64,000 bases of DNA, taken from the human T2T-CHM13v2.0 reference genome, Homo sapiens. Positions 49,644-64,000 of the stretch are shown in pieces. Position 1 is the stretch's first letter; every line of letters starts with the position of its first letter. A program made the position numbers and the translations under genes. The DNA lies in the NCBI RefSeq assembly GCF_009914755.1, contig NC_060947.1; one strand, given 5' to 3'. The notes beneath the pieces were generated by a model. The model had not been told where the DNA came from, searched no databases, and worked only from the letters and a program-made list of their open reading frames with translations.

Positions 49644-50561
49644 GAATGCTTTGAAGAGGACCCAGGGCGCAAGTGGATGGACAGCTTGCTCAGTAACTTG
49701 GGGTGCCAGTCTGCCTCTCATGTAGGGCCCTTCATCGATAGCTACCGCTGCTTCCAACCAAAGCAGGAGGGGGCCTTCACCTGCTGGTCAGCAGTCACTG
49801 GCGCCCGCCATCTCAACTATGGCTCCCGGCTTGACTATGTGCTGGGGGACAGGACCCTGGTCATAGACACCTTTCAGGCCTCTTTCCTGCTGCCTGAGGT
49901 GATGGGCTCTGACCACTGCCCTGTGGGTGCAGTCTTGAGTGTGTCCTCTGTGCCTGCAAAACAGTGCCCACCTCTGTGCACCCGCTTCCTCCCTGAGTTT
50001 GCAGGCACCCAGCTCAAGATCCTTCGCTTCCTAGTTCCTCTCGAACAAAGTCCTGTGTTGGAGCAGTCGACGCTGCAGCACAACAATCAAACCCGGGTAC
50101 AGACATGCCAAAACAAAGCCCAAGTGCGCTCAACCAGGCCTCAGCCCAGTCAGGTTGGCTCTAGCAGAGGCCAGAAAAACCTGAAGAGCTACTTTCAGCC
50201 CTCCCCTAGCTGTCCCCAAGCCTCTCCTGACATAGAGCTGCCTAGCCTACCACTGATGAGCGCCCTCATGACCCCGAAGACCCCAGAAGAGAAGGCAGTG
50301 GCCAAAGTGGTGAAGGGGCAGGCCAAGACTTCAGAAGCCAAAGATGAGAAGGAGTTACGGACCTCATTCTGGAAGTCTGTGCTGGCGGGGCCCTTGCGCA
50401 CACCCCTCTGTGGGGGCCACAGGGAGCCATGTGTGATGCGTACTGTGAAGAAGCCAGGACCCAACTTGGGCCGCCGCTTCTACATGTGTGCCAGGCCCCG
50501 GGGTCCTCCCACTGACCCCTCCTCCCGGTGCAACTTCTTCCTCTGGAGCAGGCCCAGCTGA
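49644..50561 (+). CDS. APEX2: APEX2 exon 6 with SDHCP motif, PIP box QKNLKSYF and C-terminal GRF zinc finger
   Basis: 918 bp to TGA; six exons sum to 1557 nt = 518 aa + stop; RLDY and SDHCP ExoIII motifs. Confidence 0.97.
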   Translation, partial: ECFEEDPGRKWMDSLLSNLGCQSASHVGPFIDSYRCFQPKQEGAFTCWSAVTGARHLNYGSRLDYVLGDRTLVIDTFQASFLLPEVMGSDHCPVGAVLSVSSVPAKQCPPLCTRFLPEFAGTQLKILRFLVPLEQSPVLEQSTLQHNNQTRVQTCQNKAQVRSTRPQPSQVGSSRGQKNLKSYFQPSPSCPQASPDIELPSLPLMSALMTPKTPEEKAVAKVVKGQAKTSEAKDEKELRTSFWKSVLAGPLRTPLCGGHREPCVMRTVKKPGPNLGRRFYMCARPRGPPTDPSSRCNFFLWSRPS

Positions 50562-50873
50562 ACCAATGGAGGCCTGGGGACATCTGGCATGGTCACCCCT
50601 GCACATGATCTGAGGCCAGCTCCCCTTCCCTGAGCTGCCTCCTGCTTCTCCCTCAAAGTCTCCTACCCTTCTCTTCCTCTTTTAAGCCCTCTCTTCCTCG
50701 CTTTCCTTCCTACCTAGCTCCTTGTTGGTGAGCTTCTTGTGCCTTAATCCTGTGACCCAGCCCCTTACACCACTTTCCACCTTCCTGTCCGAAGTACACG
50801 GACACTAGCTGCCCCAGGAAGTTGTGTGATTTTAAATCACTTCTGTCTTTGCTGGAAAGTGTATTTGTGCATA

Positions 50874-50879
50874 AATAAA
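50874..50879 (+). terminator. APEX2 proximal poly(A) signal AATAAA
   Basis: AATAAA ~310 nt after stop, followed by GT/T-rich sequence. Confidence 0.75.
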
Positions 50880-51418
50880 GTCTGTGTATTTGTTTCAGGG
50901 TTGCACTTTGGACATTGTGGAGGTACTCCATAAAGTTGAGTCAGAGAAGCTATCTCAATACTTGGTTTGCCGGCTGGCTGTAGCCCAATGATGTAATTCC
51001 CAGAGAAAGGGGAGGAGGGAGGGGGGAGGAGGGAATAGTGAGGCGTGAGCAGCAGTGCTCACCATAAAGGGTTCTCTGCTCAGTTGTAGGAATTTCCTGT
51101 ACGGCTAAGGTGAAATCAGCAAGGAAGGTGGGCTGTGTAGCCTTAAACCAGAGCTTTCCAGCTAGTGCGTCCCACAGCTGCCACAGTGGGTTACAGGGTT
51201 GAAAGAAACGGTCCTCAGCCCTCAGAGTTGCCAGGCAGGGCCTGGGACCACACAAGTTTCAGGGACGATTGCCTCCTTAGCAAGTAGTATCATTAGTACC
51301 CCTAAGTGTGCCATGGAAATGTTTCCTGTATACTGTGACCTGGAAAGTGGGAGCATTGCTTTGAACACAGTGCTTGCTCTAGCCAAGCCTCTTCTCACCT
51401 TTGAAAATGGGACTGGTA

Positions 51419-51722
51419 GACCAGGCACAGTGGTGCACGCCTGTAATCCCAGCACTTTGGGAGGCTGAGATGGGTGGATCACCTGAGGTCAGGAGTTCGC
51501 AACCAGCCTAACATGGTGAGACCCCGTCTCTACTAAATACAAAAAAATTAACTGGGCGTGGTGGCGCGTGCCTGTAATCCAAGCTACTTAGGAGGCTGAG
51601 ACAGGAGAATAGCTTGTACCTGGGAGGCGGAGGTTGCAGTGGGCTGAGATCATGCATTGCACTCCAGCCTGGGCAACAAGAGTGAAATTCAGTCTCCAAA
51701 AAAAAAAAAAGAAAAGAAAAAG
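51419..51722 (+). mobile_element. AluS between the two APEX2 poly(A) signals
   Basis: Full dimer, A tail, TSD aatgggactggta 51406-51418 and 51723-51735. Confidence 0.95.
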
Positions 51723-52164
51723 AATGGGACTGGTAAATCCTGTTCTGTGGGATGCCGTGGGAGGGAGAGAGGATAATGGATTGAGGAAGACATCCATATC
51801 CCCTTATGGAAAATACCTCTTTGGTTTTGGGGAACCACTCCTTTCTAGGGAATTTGGTTAGGGCTGACTCATTTCCTGGCTTCAGGGGCTACCCTGGGCC
51901 CAGATTTCCAGGGCCCGGATTACCAGTGAAGCGTCAATCCCTGGATTTTTATTGAAACCATTGGAGAAGAGCCATCTCAAATAAATCTGCCAAGTATCCT
52001 AGCTCTTTGCAACTCACTGTGTAGTTTTTGGGCATTTCCTTCCTCTTTCTCATTCTGTTTCCCTGTTGGTAAAATGGAATGGTGACCAACAAGTGACCTA
52101 TGGTTACCTCATAGATCTGCCACTTGTCTGAGGGAGTCAGAATGCACTTGTCTGTTCCCTGTCC

Positions 52165-52170
52165 AATAAA
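52165..52170 (+). terminator. Candidate APEX2 distal poly(A) signal AATAAA
   Basis: AATAAA followed by tgtggtttgtg GU-rich element. Confidence 0.55.
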
Positions 52171-52195
52171 AGGCTTCACATGCTGTGGTTTGTGC

Positions 52196-52201
52196 TTTAT
52201 T
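52196..52201 (-). terminator. ALAS2 poly(A) signal AATAAA
   Basis: TTTATT on plus strand ~105 nt downstream of the ALAS2 stop. Confidence 0.75.
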
Positions 52202-52305
52202 TTTAGGCTCAATTCAGCTAGAGGCACACAACAAAGCAGAAGACAGGAGTAGGCCTGGACCCAAGTGAAGCGCAGGTGGGGTGTGAATCCTAGGCAGCTG
52301 GCTTC

Positions 52306-52728
<423 letters not shown>

Positions 52729-52929
52729 CTAAGTATAGGATGTGCTGTGGCCCAAGAATGACTGTCTGCTTGGGAACTCTAAGCCCTATGAGGACAATGA
52801 TAATGACAGTAACTATACTGTGTCATTGGTGCTATGACCAGGAAACCTGGGGTAGGGGGTCCACCTGGGGGTGTGAAAACCCAGAGAAGGGAACCTGACC
52901 TAGCTGGAGGAAGTACCCCAGGTACGTTC

Positions 52930-54068
52930 CAGGGCTCTGTTCTTGGCCTTTTCTGTGTTCATGCCCTTGTTGATCTTGTCTAGTCACATGACTTTAAAGA
53001 CCATCTATATGCTGATGGTTCAGAAATTTTAATCTCCAGCTCACGCCACTCTACTGGTTTCCAATCTTGTATATCCAATGGCTTTTCTCCATCTCCACCT
53101 AGATGTCTAATATGCATTTCTAACTTAGGAGTACAACTGAGCTACTCATGTCCCTACCCTCCACCAAGCTATTCTACTTTTAGCTTTTCCCATCTCAGTG
53201 GATGGCAATTCCAGTTGCTCAGTCCAAAAATTTCAGAGCTATCCTTTATTTTTCTCTTTCTCTCTTACCCTATATCCCATCTATCAGCAAAGACCCTTGG
53301 CTCTACCTTCAAAATCTGACCACTTCTTATTGCCTTCATTATGATCAAGTCTGAGCCACCATCATCTCTCACCTGGGATATTACTGTAGCCCACTCTTGG
53401 GTCTCCCTGCTTCCACCCTTGCTCCCTTTTAGTGTATTCTCTACATAGAAGTTGGAGCAATTTTGTTAAAACCCGAGTCAGAAATATCAGTCCTGTGTTC
53501 AAATCCTTTCAAGGGCTCTCAGAGTAAAAGCCAAACTCCTTCTAATGGCCTACCATACCCTATACAATCTGGTCCCACATTGCCTCTATGTACTCAATTT
53601 TTCTGTCTCCCACTTGCTTATACCATTCCACCCACACCCATCTTCTTACTGTTCCTCAAATATAAAAGGAATACTCCTGTGTCTTCCCTGCCTTAGGATG
53701 TTCCCTCTGCCTGCGATGCCATTCCCTTAGATATCTGCCTCACTAACTTCACCTCCTTCAAATTTTTGCTCAAGTTTCACCTCAGCGTCTTCTACCCTTG
53801 CCACTCTAATACTACAACCCTTCTCTGAACTCGCCCCTGGCCCCTTATCCCATTCTCCTTATCCTGCTTTATTTTTTCCCATAGCACTTAGAACTAATGT
53901 GCTACTTAATTTGCTTATTTTTGGTAATTTTTTTTACTACCCCTTCCACTAGAATGTAAGCTCCAGAGGGTAGGAATTTTGTGTCTGATTTGTTTGCTAC
54001 TGCATCCCCAGTGCCTAGAACAGTATCTAGTACACAGTTGGTACTCAATAAATATTTGTTGAAAGAAT
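52930..54068 (+). mobile_element. L2 3' portion (~1.1 kb)
   Basis: Ends ctagaatgtaagctcc...ctcaataaatatttgttgaa, the typical L2 terminus. Confidence 0.8.
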
Positions 54069-55019
54069 GCCTAAGTTAAGTCTACAAGATGAAGGAAAGT
54101 AAGCCAGAGGAAAGTGTGAGGGAGGGCATTCCAATCAAAAGAGAGCAGCATGAGCAAAGTCCCAGAGGTAAGAGAGCAGAAAAAAATGAGGGAACGACAA
54201 GTCCTTCAGTGTAGCTGAAAAAACAAAATGCATGTGGGGAGGAGGTGAGGGCATAGAGATCACCATGTGGAAGGCATTGAATGCTATGCTGAAGAGCTTC
54301 AACTCTGTCCTATATGTCAATGTTTCCAAATTTTGGACTATACATCCCTATCAGTACAAATGTTTTAGCATGTACCTCCAATCTCTATATTTGTTTATAT
54401 ATTATATACATGTATAACTGTCAGTCTGTATATTAAAGATCAGTATCAGTGATGCTTGATTTCCTATTTTTAAGATAAAAAAACATAAAATTCTAATACA
54501 TATTCTGTTCCTTCACCCTGTAATCATTTTGCATACCCCTTGGAGGTCACTGCTTTAGAGTCTAGAGGGAAACATGAAGGGGTTTAAGCAAGGGAGCAAT
54601 ATAGTCAGAATTTTAGAAAAATCCCTCTAGTGGTCATCATCGAGAAAGGATTTGAGAGGAGCAAGAGAGAAGCAGAGAAATTAGGAAAAAAATCATGTTG
54701 ACATGGATTAAAGAAGTGGCAGGGGAGAAAAGCAAATAGGTTTGAGAGAGATTATAGATAACTTTTGCAGGATTTCAGGATGGATTGGCTATGGAACTTA
54801 GGGACTGGTGGAGCCATCGTGGATGCCTCATATATTCTTACAAAAGCCTAGCCTAGGTGGACATTCAGAGAACCAAGAATACTGAGAGCTCTACAATTGA
54901 AGCCCAGAGCAAAAGAGAATACTGAACAAAAGGCCCAGGAGTCTGGGTCATCAGCTCAGAGAGGTGGTAGACCTAGCAGTTATGACCATGGAGGTAGAGA
55001 CAGACCTCCCAGTTGCAAC

Positions 55020-55210
55020 TTAGAAGCTGTGTGACCTTGGATCAGCGACTATATATTTTTGTGCCTCAATTTCCACATGTACAAAATGGAAATGATAAGA
55101 GGATCTCTAACTCTTGAGGTTGTTGTGGGGATTAGATGAGTTAATACGTGTAAAGTGTTTAGAACAGTGCTTGGCACATGGTAAGTACTTAATGTTAGCC
55201 AGCATTATTT
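55020..55210 (+). mobile_element. MIR SINE
   Basis: gctgtgtgaccttgg...acagtgcttggcacatggtaagtactt. Confidence 0.75.
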
Positions 55211-55632
55211 AATGTTTTTGAATGAATGAATGGCGCCTACCTAGCTTGTCTTCCTTGAATTCTCATACTGCCCATGCTTCAGACAAACAGAATTATGTTG
55301 TCAATACATACCCACTGCTTTCCTATCTCTAGGTCATTGCTCGTGGAATTCCCTTATTCTGGAATATTCTTACAACATATTCACATGTACTTCAACATGC
55401 ATCATAAAAACTTCCTTACTCACAAAGCCTCTCCAATTTCATCCTTCCCACCCTCTCTCTCCATAATGTGTCCACTCCCTCTAGCTCCCAGAATACTGGA
55501 GCTCATCATACTGGACCAGTACCATCTATATCTGGCTCCTCTGCTAGACCATCAACTGCCTACATGTCTTTCATCCAACAGGCCTGGAATGAGCACCTAT
55601 TCAATGTCAGGCCCTGCATTAAAAACTACCCA

Positions 55633-55981
<349 letters not shown>

Positions 55982-56611
55982 TTAGGTGAATTGACTAAAC
56001 TGGCATTTTCAGGGTAAATCTCAAACTACTCAGCTCTACAAGCCTCTCAATCCAGTCTCTATCTCATGTTGTCTTTGTAGACTCATAGATTGATACTCCC
56101 CTGCCCCACTCCATTCCTATGACCCTACATTCCAATACCACCTGCTTATTGTTCTTGATATATCCCTGGCTGCTTCTCATTCTCCTCACCTATCTTCATG
56201 CTCTTCCCTCTGGTAGGAATACTTCTTCCATGCCCTCTTTCTTTTAATACCACTCACTTTGCAAGACTCAGCTCAGGTGTCACCTCTACTAGGAAGTGGG
56301 TCTTGCATCCCTCAGGCTGAGTCAGGCCCCTCCTCTCTGCTCCGACAACTCTATCATGCACTGCCTTGTGGAGCTTTGATCATCCCTTAGTGTCATTGTT
56401 TGTGTTCACTATGGTATCCCCAACCAAACTGGAGCCCTACAAGTGTAGGGGCTGCTTCTCATTTATTTGTGACCCTAGTATAGGTGCTGGCACACATTAG
56501 ATGTTCCAGAAATATTTTGTAAACTCAGTGGTCTCTGTCCTCTCAGCTTCTCTTTCAGATCCTGGGGCTGAGGGGAGGGAGGTCCTGTAGGCACCCATGT
56601 TGAGAACTTAC

Positions 56612-56774
56612 CCACAAAATCTTCCATCATCTGAGGGCTGTGGTGGGGGGAGGGTGCCAAGCGCAGGAGCTCTTCACCCCGGGGGACAGTTGGGTAGTTG
56701 ATGGCCTGCACATAGATGCCATGCTTGGAGAGCAGGAGATCACAGAGCTTGCTGTTGAGTGCTGCATTGCCCAC
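56612..56774 (-). CDS. ALAS2: ALAS2 exon 10 (VGNAALNSK...[21 protein letters not shown]...FV)
   Basis: 163 bp, ccag/gtaag boundaries; INYPTVP motif. Confidence 0.97.
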
Positions 56775-57728
56775 CTGGACTCAGGAGAAAGGCTAATCAG
56801 TACCTGCCACTCTGGCTCCACCATCACTAGCTCCATTAAGCAGATGGAGGGAACTAGATGAGGGAACATCACTGAATTTTGGGATAGATTTTTTTTTTCC
56901 ATTAGGGGCTTAGTGGCAGCTCCAGAATTTCTATCAAGGAGGAGCTCAGAGCTAGCAATTTGGTTTGAAAAGGATGGAGCAGAGGTGGTACCAGGAGCCC
57001 TGTTTGGAAGCTGTTTGCAGAGCAAGCACACTGATTTTACTTAGCTAATATCTTAGTTTGGGATGGTTCTGGGTGAGAAGATACCCCCCACCAAGCCAAT
57101 TCTGGAACCCCCGCCAAGCCAATTCTGGGGTGCTGTCACTAAATTAATTCATAAAATGAGTGTTTAAAGGAAATACTAGGTTAGTCTAAAGAGCAGTGAC
57201 TATTTCTCATCCACAAAATTGTCACAAATAAGTGTCCTTTCCCTGCCCTGGCTTACTGACTCACACAAATACGTGTTATTTAAGAAAGAAGTAGCAGTTC
57301 ATTTTTAAAGGCAGTAAATGCTCATATTGAGGATCCAAAGTAGCAGCTAATCCTATGGCTTTTGATTTTATTTTTCTGCCCTCATTTCTCAATAAGAAGT
57401 ACGTTTTACACCGTGACCATAAACGCACACATACACATACATGTGTATATGCAAATACCCAAAATGCATACAAATTTTTCACAAATTGATGATACCCTTA
57501 GTATGTGATGTACTCCAACATTTTCTGTTTCTTTTCTTTTTTTAATGCTAATGATAACCCACTAAGCTGATTTTGTGACCCATTAATTGTCTTGATCCAG
57601 TTTGAAAAACTCTGAATTATAGGCTGTGAGCACTCGCTATTGTTAGGGTTAGGATAATCTAATAAGCATGAGGTAATGGCTGATGCAAGGAAAAGACTGG
57701 TTAATCCAGAATGGCTGATAATTTTTCA

Positions 57729-58181
<453 letters not shown>

Positions 58182-58199
58182 TCAGTCCCAGAGCAACAG

Positions 58200-58440
58200 G
58201 ATCATGTGCCAGATAACACAAGGGGGTGCACCAGAAGTTGGGGCTCCAGGCTGTCTTCCCAGGCCTCTGCTCATCTGTCCATGACAAGGCAGTCGTAGCT
58301 GATAATTCTGCTGCTTTGAGATAGGACTTTCAAGTCTTGCCATATGCAATGACTAGATAGGCAGGAGCTGGGTGGGGACCTTTAGCTGGATAGGGTCAGG
58401 AGTGGAGCTAAGATGAAGCTTGGGGCTAGGGTGGGGGAGG
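58200..58440. promoter_or_regulatory. ALAS2 intron 8 erythroid enhancer (GATA plus CACCC cluster)
   Basis: AGATAA 58211, TGATAA 58300-58305, AGATAG 58319-58324 and 58355-58360, GGGTGGGG 58370-58377 and 58429-58437; an intron 8 enhancer is established for ALAS2. Confidence 0.75.
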
Positions 58441-58698
58441 GGTTTAGAAACACAGCTCTTCACATACTCAAGTTGAATCTAACTATTTGGCCTAGTTCAA
58501 GGTCTTTTCAAAAAACTCTACCAGACTTTCTCATCAACTCTGCAGTGGGATGCGAGTGGAGAGAGGGAGTCCAGGATGGCAGCAGCCTGGGGCTGTGAAT
58601 TCTGTCCAAACAACCCCTATAGCTTTGGGGAGGAGGCAGAAAAGAATTTTGTAAGGGCCTCCTCTCTGGAGGGTATATAAGAAGGCCCAAAGCATTCA

Positions 58699-58899
<201 letters not shown>

Positions 58900-59061
58900 T
58901 CATAACCCTTCCCCAGCTCCATCTCCAATGTGGAATTTCCCATACATGCCTACTTTGGGTTGGAAAAGGGTGTTGTAGAGAGGAAGGAGGATGTGCGCCT
59001 TCATTTAGAACTATTACAAACCTCTGTGTATGGATCGATTGCCTGTATCTCATCCCTGCCT

Positions 59062-59082
59062 TCTCTCTCTCTCTCTCTGTCT

Positions 59083-59139
<57 letters not shown>

Positions 59140-59162
59140 TGTGTGTGCGCATGTGTGTGTGT
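59062..59162. repeat. ALAS2 intron 7 compound (CT)n(GT)25 microsatellite
   Basis: Pure GT run 59087-59136; a polymorphic intron 7 dinucleotide repeat is a known ALAS2 marker. Confidence 0.95.
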
Positions 59163-60339
59163 TCCCCAGCCTGGGATCAAGGCTTGACTCTTTGTCTTTC
59201 TGTTTTTACTTCATTCTGACAATGTCTATTTTCCTGTTTCTGCTGTGTTCAGCCTAGCATCATTTCAATGGGAGAGATTCAGCCTAAGGATCAACAGTTT
59301 GGGCAGAGTTTGCACCCCAAAAATAGGTAAATAACTATTTATTTGCAAATGTAACGAGGTAGAATGGTACCAACATAGTTTCCACTAGAGAAATAATGAA
59401 TTTGAATAGTCTCAGTGGTAGAAATATACAAAAGGGATAGGATAGTTTTACTTTATTGCTAGTGTTAGAAATGTGGGAGTGGGCATAATAGTAAGTTTCT
59501 TACATATATTAACTCATTTAATTTGCATACCTATTTAATTATTATCACTTACATTTTTCAAATAAGCAACTGAGAACTGAGACACAGAGCAATTAAGAAG
59601 CTTGCCCAAGCTAGTAAATGGTCATGCTAGGATTTGAACATGGATAGTCTGGTTTTAGAGCCTGTGTGTATAGTCATTACATGCCACTTAAGATACCTAA
59701 ATCAGGGAATACTATGGACTCTTTTGTTTCAGTTGGAAAAGGGACAAACTGAAATGAGTTGAGGACCTCTTCCCTTAAATAAATCCATAAGAGGATGCCT
59801 AAAACACATGATTTCTACACAACAGGGCCAGCAATAGAAAGCTTTGGACATTGTTTCAATTGAGCAAAGAAAGGAGGTAGGAGTGTGAAGATCATTTAAT
59901 TCTACTAAAGCATAATAACTAGAATGGTTTCTATCATCTCTAATTCTTACAACCAGATATTTTACCTTTGGGAAAATTGAGGCTTAGACAGTTAAAGAGT
60001 TACCCATGGTCATAGCCAGTAACTGTCAAAGGTGGGATTTGAACCCAGGTCTCTCTGACTTGAAAACCTGTTTTGACCCCAATGCTTCATACTGGACCTT
60101 GAAAAAAATCCTAGGCAATGGTTTTTGAAATTTCCTTCATAAAAACCAAACACTGGGATTATTGATTTACATATCATTTCTAACAAGAGAAGTGTTACTC
60201 GAGGAATTGGAGTTATATGTGTTAGGGTGCAGATACTCACTTTAGCACCAACTTGCTGAGCCACTCAAGATGAATTGGATGCCAACTCTGAACTTTAGTT
60301 TCTTTACCTATAAGATGAATGTAATAGCTGCCTCCATTC

Positions 60340-60520
60340 TTTGGCATTTACTAGCTGTGTGACCTTGGACAAATTACTCTTATGTCTCAGTTTCCTCATG
60401 TAAAAAATCAAAATAATAATAACACCTATCACATAGAATTGTTCAGAAAATTAAATGAATTAATACATGTAAAATACTAATAATTTTGCTTGGCACATAA
60501 TAAACACTATAAATATTAGC
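60340..60520 (+). mobile_element. MIR SINE
   Basis: ctagctgtgtgaccttggacaa...ctcagtttcctcat core. Confidence 0.75.
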
Positions 60521-60525
60521 TGTTA

Positions 60526-61020
<495 letters not shown>

Positions 61021-61679
61021 CTAGCCTCTGACTGCCTTGGGGTGGAAGAACATTTAATTTCCCAAGAAGCTTCAGAGTTTTTTGAGGACGGGACCTATTT
61101 TCCTTCTCCCCAATATATAAGATCAAGACTTGAAAAAGGGATTACCCCAGGGAATGTTTGTTGACTCGGACTGATGCTAGATTGTTCCTAGTCTAGATGA
61201 AATTCCATCCATTCCAGGTAGCATCTGCTTGTGGTTACAGGGATGGATATTTATCAGGCTTTTACTGTTGGAATCATAAGCTTATGGCATGTCAGAGCTG
61301 GCAGGGCTGTTAGTGATCATGGGATTCATCCCTTTACTATACAAGTGAGAAAGCTAAGGTCCAGAAAGATTTGAAGAATGCAGGGCTTTTTACTGGGCAA
61401 TCCTGGTGGGGCAGGTGGGCATGTGAAATTGGTAGAGGGAGTTGATTCCTGGACCTCCCCAACCCCTGCCACCAACTGCACTGCCATCAAGGAACTGTGG
61501 CCTTATTATAAGATTAAGGGATAACTTCCACCTGAGAAAATGAGTTATGGCTTTCTGGAGAAAATGGCTTGAAAGACAAGCAGACTGGGAGTTGCATGGG
61601 AGCAAAAACATCTTATTATCTCTCTGTCTCTGGTGTCCAGTATAAGAGTAAGCACACAGTAGATGCTAAGTAAACATTT

Positions 61680-63270
61680 ATTAAATGAATGGATAAATAA
61701 ACTGATGACAGATTTATAAGTAAGTGAATGAGTATATGAATGAATGTATTACTGAATGAAATAGTGAGAGGAGGGATGCAAAAAGGTGAGACCGAAGAGA
61801 TACATAGAAGCCAGATTATTGAGAACTTTAGAAGCTGTGATAAGAAATTTGGATTTGGTCCTGGGGGAATGGGGGTCCACTAAAGGGTTTTGACCAGGGC
61901 TGAGGGTGGGGTGACAAAGATAGTTTTGCATTAAAAAAAATTCTGACTGTTGTAAAGAATAGATTATCGGAGGGCAAAGGTAAAATTTTCTTTAAAAAAT
62001 GATGTTGGATCAGGCTAGGATGCTGGCAGTAGAGATGGAAAGAAGTTTAATGGTTGAGGAGGGGATGGACTAAAAACAACTTAAAGATGTTGAGTTTAGT
62101 TGGGGCTTATGGGTGGACTCAAAAAAAGTTTCTGAGAAGTGGTGGTAATATTTTTGCTGTGCTGAAGAATCAGCAGGAGGTGAGGAAGTAGATAGTAAGA
62201 GCGAAGACTTCTCTCAAGCAGTTTGCCTGTTATAGGGAGGAAAGAGGGCAGTAGCTAGAGAGTGATCAGGGGTTGAGGCAATGTTTTTTTATAAGATACA
62301 AGAGACTTGAAAACATGTTTAAAGAGAGGGAGAGGCTGAAGATACAGGAGAGGAGGAGAGAGCCAATAGGTCAAGATTCCTAAGGTGGTAGAGGGGAATG
62401 GGGCACAGAGCAACAGTGGAAGGATTAGTCACAAGAAAAAGGATACTTCTTCCACTATGACAGAAGAGAAGGAGTGAGGAGAGGACATTTGAAGATGCTT
62501 ATGAGTTTGTAGGTGCTTTGTGGCTGGGAGTCAAGGACATTGCTGTCTGGTATCTTCTATTTTGAATGTAGTAGAACATGAAGTTGTCTGCTGAGGGAGA
62601 TGGGGAGGAGGGGGTGTGGGAAGGCTGAGGATAATGGTGGTTTGGCAAAACTGCCCCATAAACTTCGAGAACTGACCAGGGAAATGGGATTGTCAGAGAC
62701 CATGGAGAACCCAGTAGAGGTTAAGAGTATGAATTTTTAGTGACTCCTGTCTGAGCAACTGTATGAGCCCGGAATTGATATAGTGAAGATGGAGGGTTGT
62801 ATTCATTCTGGATTGGGCCTTGGCGGAAGGACAACAAGGCGTATGAGGTGAGGACATTACAGACTAGAGAGTAGGAGACTGGGAATATGGGAACCAGTGT
62901 ACAAGTGAAGGGATTGGTTTTAGGCAGAAGGAGAGATATGCCTTCCATTGTAAAAGGAAAGAATGAGGCAAGGCTAGATAAACAATTAGATAAGTTCGTA
63001 GGTTTGGTGGCAATAAATAAGGATTCTCTGTCTGGGGCTTCTGTTTTTATTGTGAAGTAAGATGTGAGGTTATTTGCTAAGTGTGGAGGAGAAGGTAGTC
63101 AGAGGTTTTAGAAGAGGAGAAGAAGTTTGAAAAAGCTCCTGTGGAGACATAAAATAACTATGTATGTGTGTTAAGAGCTCAGTTGAGTTGGGAGGTGATG
63201 AATTTATAGTGTTTCCTTTCTGTGAGGTGGGGTAATGTTCCCCGGTAATGGTCCTCTCTACGTGCAGAAG
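61680..63270 (-). mobile_element. Degraded L2 fragments
   Basis: Purine-rich L2-like motifs and (gaat)n tails; boundaries approximate. Confidence 0.45.
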
Positions 63271-63431
63271 GAGAGAAAGCAGAGGGATATAATTATCCAG
63301 TGTTGAGGATATGCAAGGTGGATAAGAAGGAAGAACAATGGGAGTGAGGGAACTCCAAATACAGGGAAGGAGTGATGGAACCAGTGAAACTGGATGCTGT
63401 ATTGCAGGATACCAGCCCTGAACAAAGCTCA

Positions 63432-63674
<243 letters not shown>

Positions 63675-64000
63675 TCAGGCATCGAGGAACTGGGTAGGTT
63701 TCTCTTCCTTGATGGGAGTCAATGTTGAGTTAGTGATCCTATATAAACTGTGTCCTATGAGACAAAGTAGAGGGAAGGATGGGGAGGATAGGGAGACATG
63801 TGCCTTCCTTCTAGGACTGGAGGTACTCAGGGAGAGAGGGAGAAGCTAGGTTGAGCTTGAGTAGTTTGGAAGACCTAGAGGAAGTCACACTCCATCTCTG
63901 GCAATACTAATTCTGCAGCTAGATTAAAAACTCAGGCAGAGTGGGCCTTGCTTGGTCTCCCATCCTTCCCCTCCATAGCATTGGACACCGAAGAGTTTGG

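Overview
Mammalian, most likely human, X-chromosome DNA: the PFKFB1-APEX2-ALAS2 locus, recognised from spliced translations. (1) 5' half of PFKFB1 on the minus strand: muscle-type first exon at 41532-41559, liver-type first exon at 37037-37133 and exons 2-6. Its ~30.5-kb first intron is almost entirely nested L1, LTR and DNA-transposon debris. (2) The complete 6-exon APEX2 gene on the plus strand (518 aa), head-to-head with PFKFB1 at a CpG island. (3) The last six exons (6-11) of erythroid ALAS2 on the minus strand, tail-to-tail with APEX2, including the intron 8 GATA/CACCC cluster and the intron 7 dinucleotide repeat. All exon boundaries are GT-AG and keep frame. I found no new gene system. 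The most unusual structure is a tail-to-tail pair of young L1 copies in PFKFB1 intron 1 that match over 964 bp but differ in their last ~130 bp, a gene-conversion or inversion-prone signature. Also notable: a perfect 94-bp tandem duplication, a perfect 41-bp palindrome, a probable L1 3' transduction, a degenerate C-rich repeat in APEX2 intron 1 and convergent poly(A) signals 25 bp apart. Repeat subfamily names come from recalled consensus features and need RepeatMasker/Dfam confirmation.
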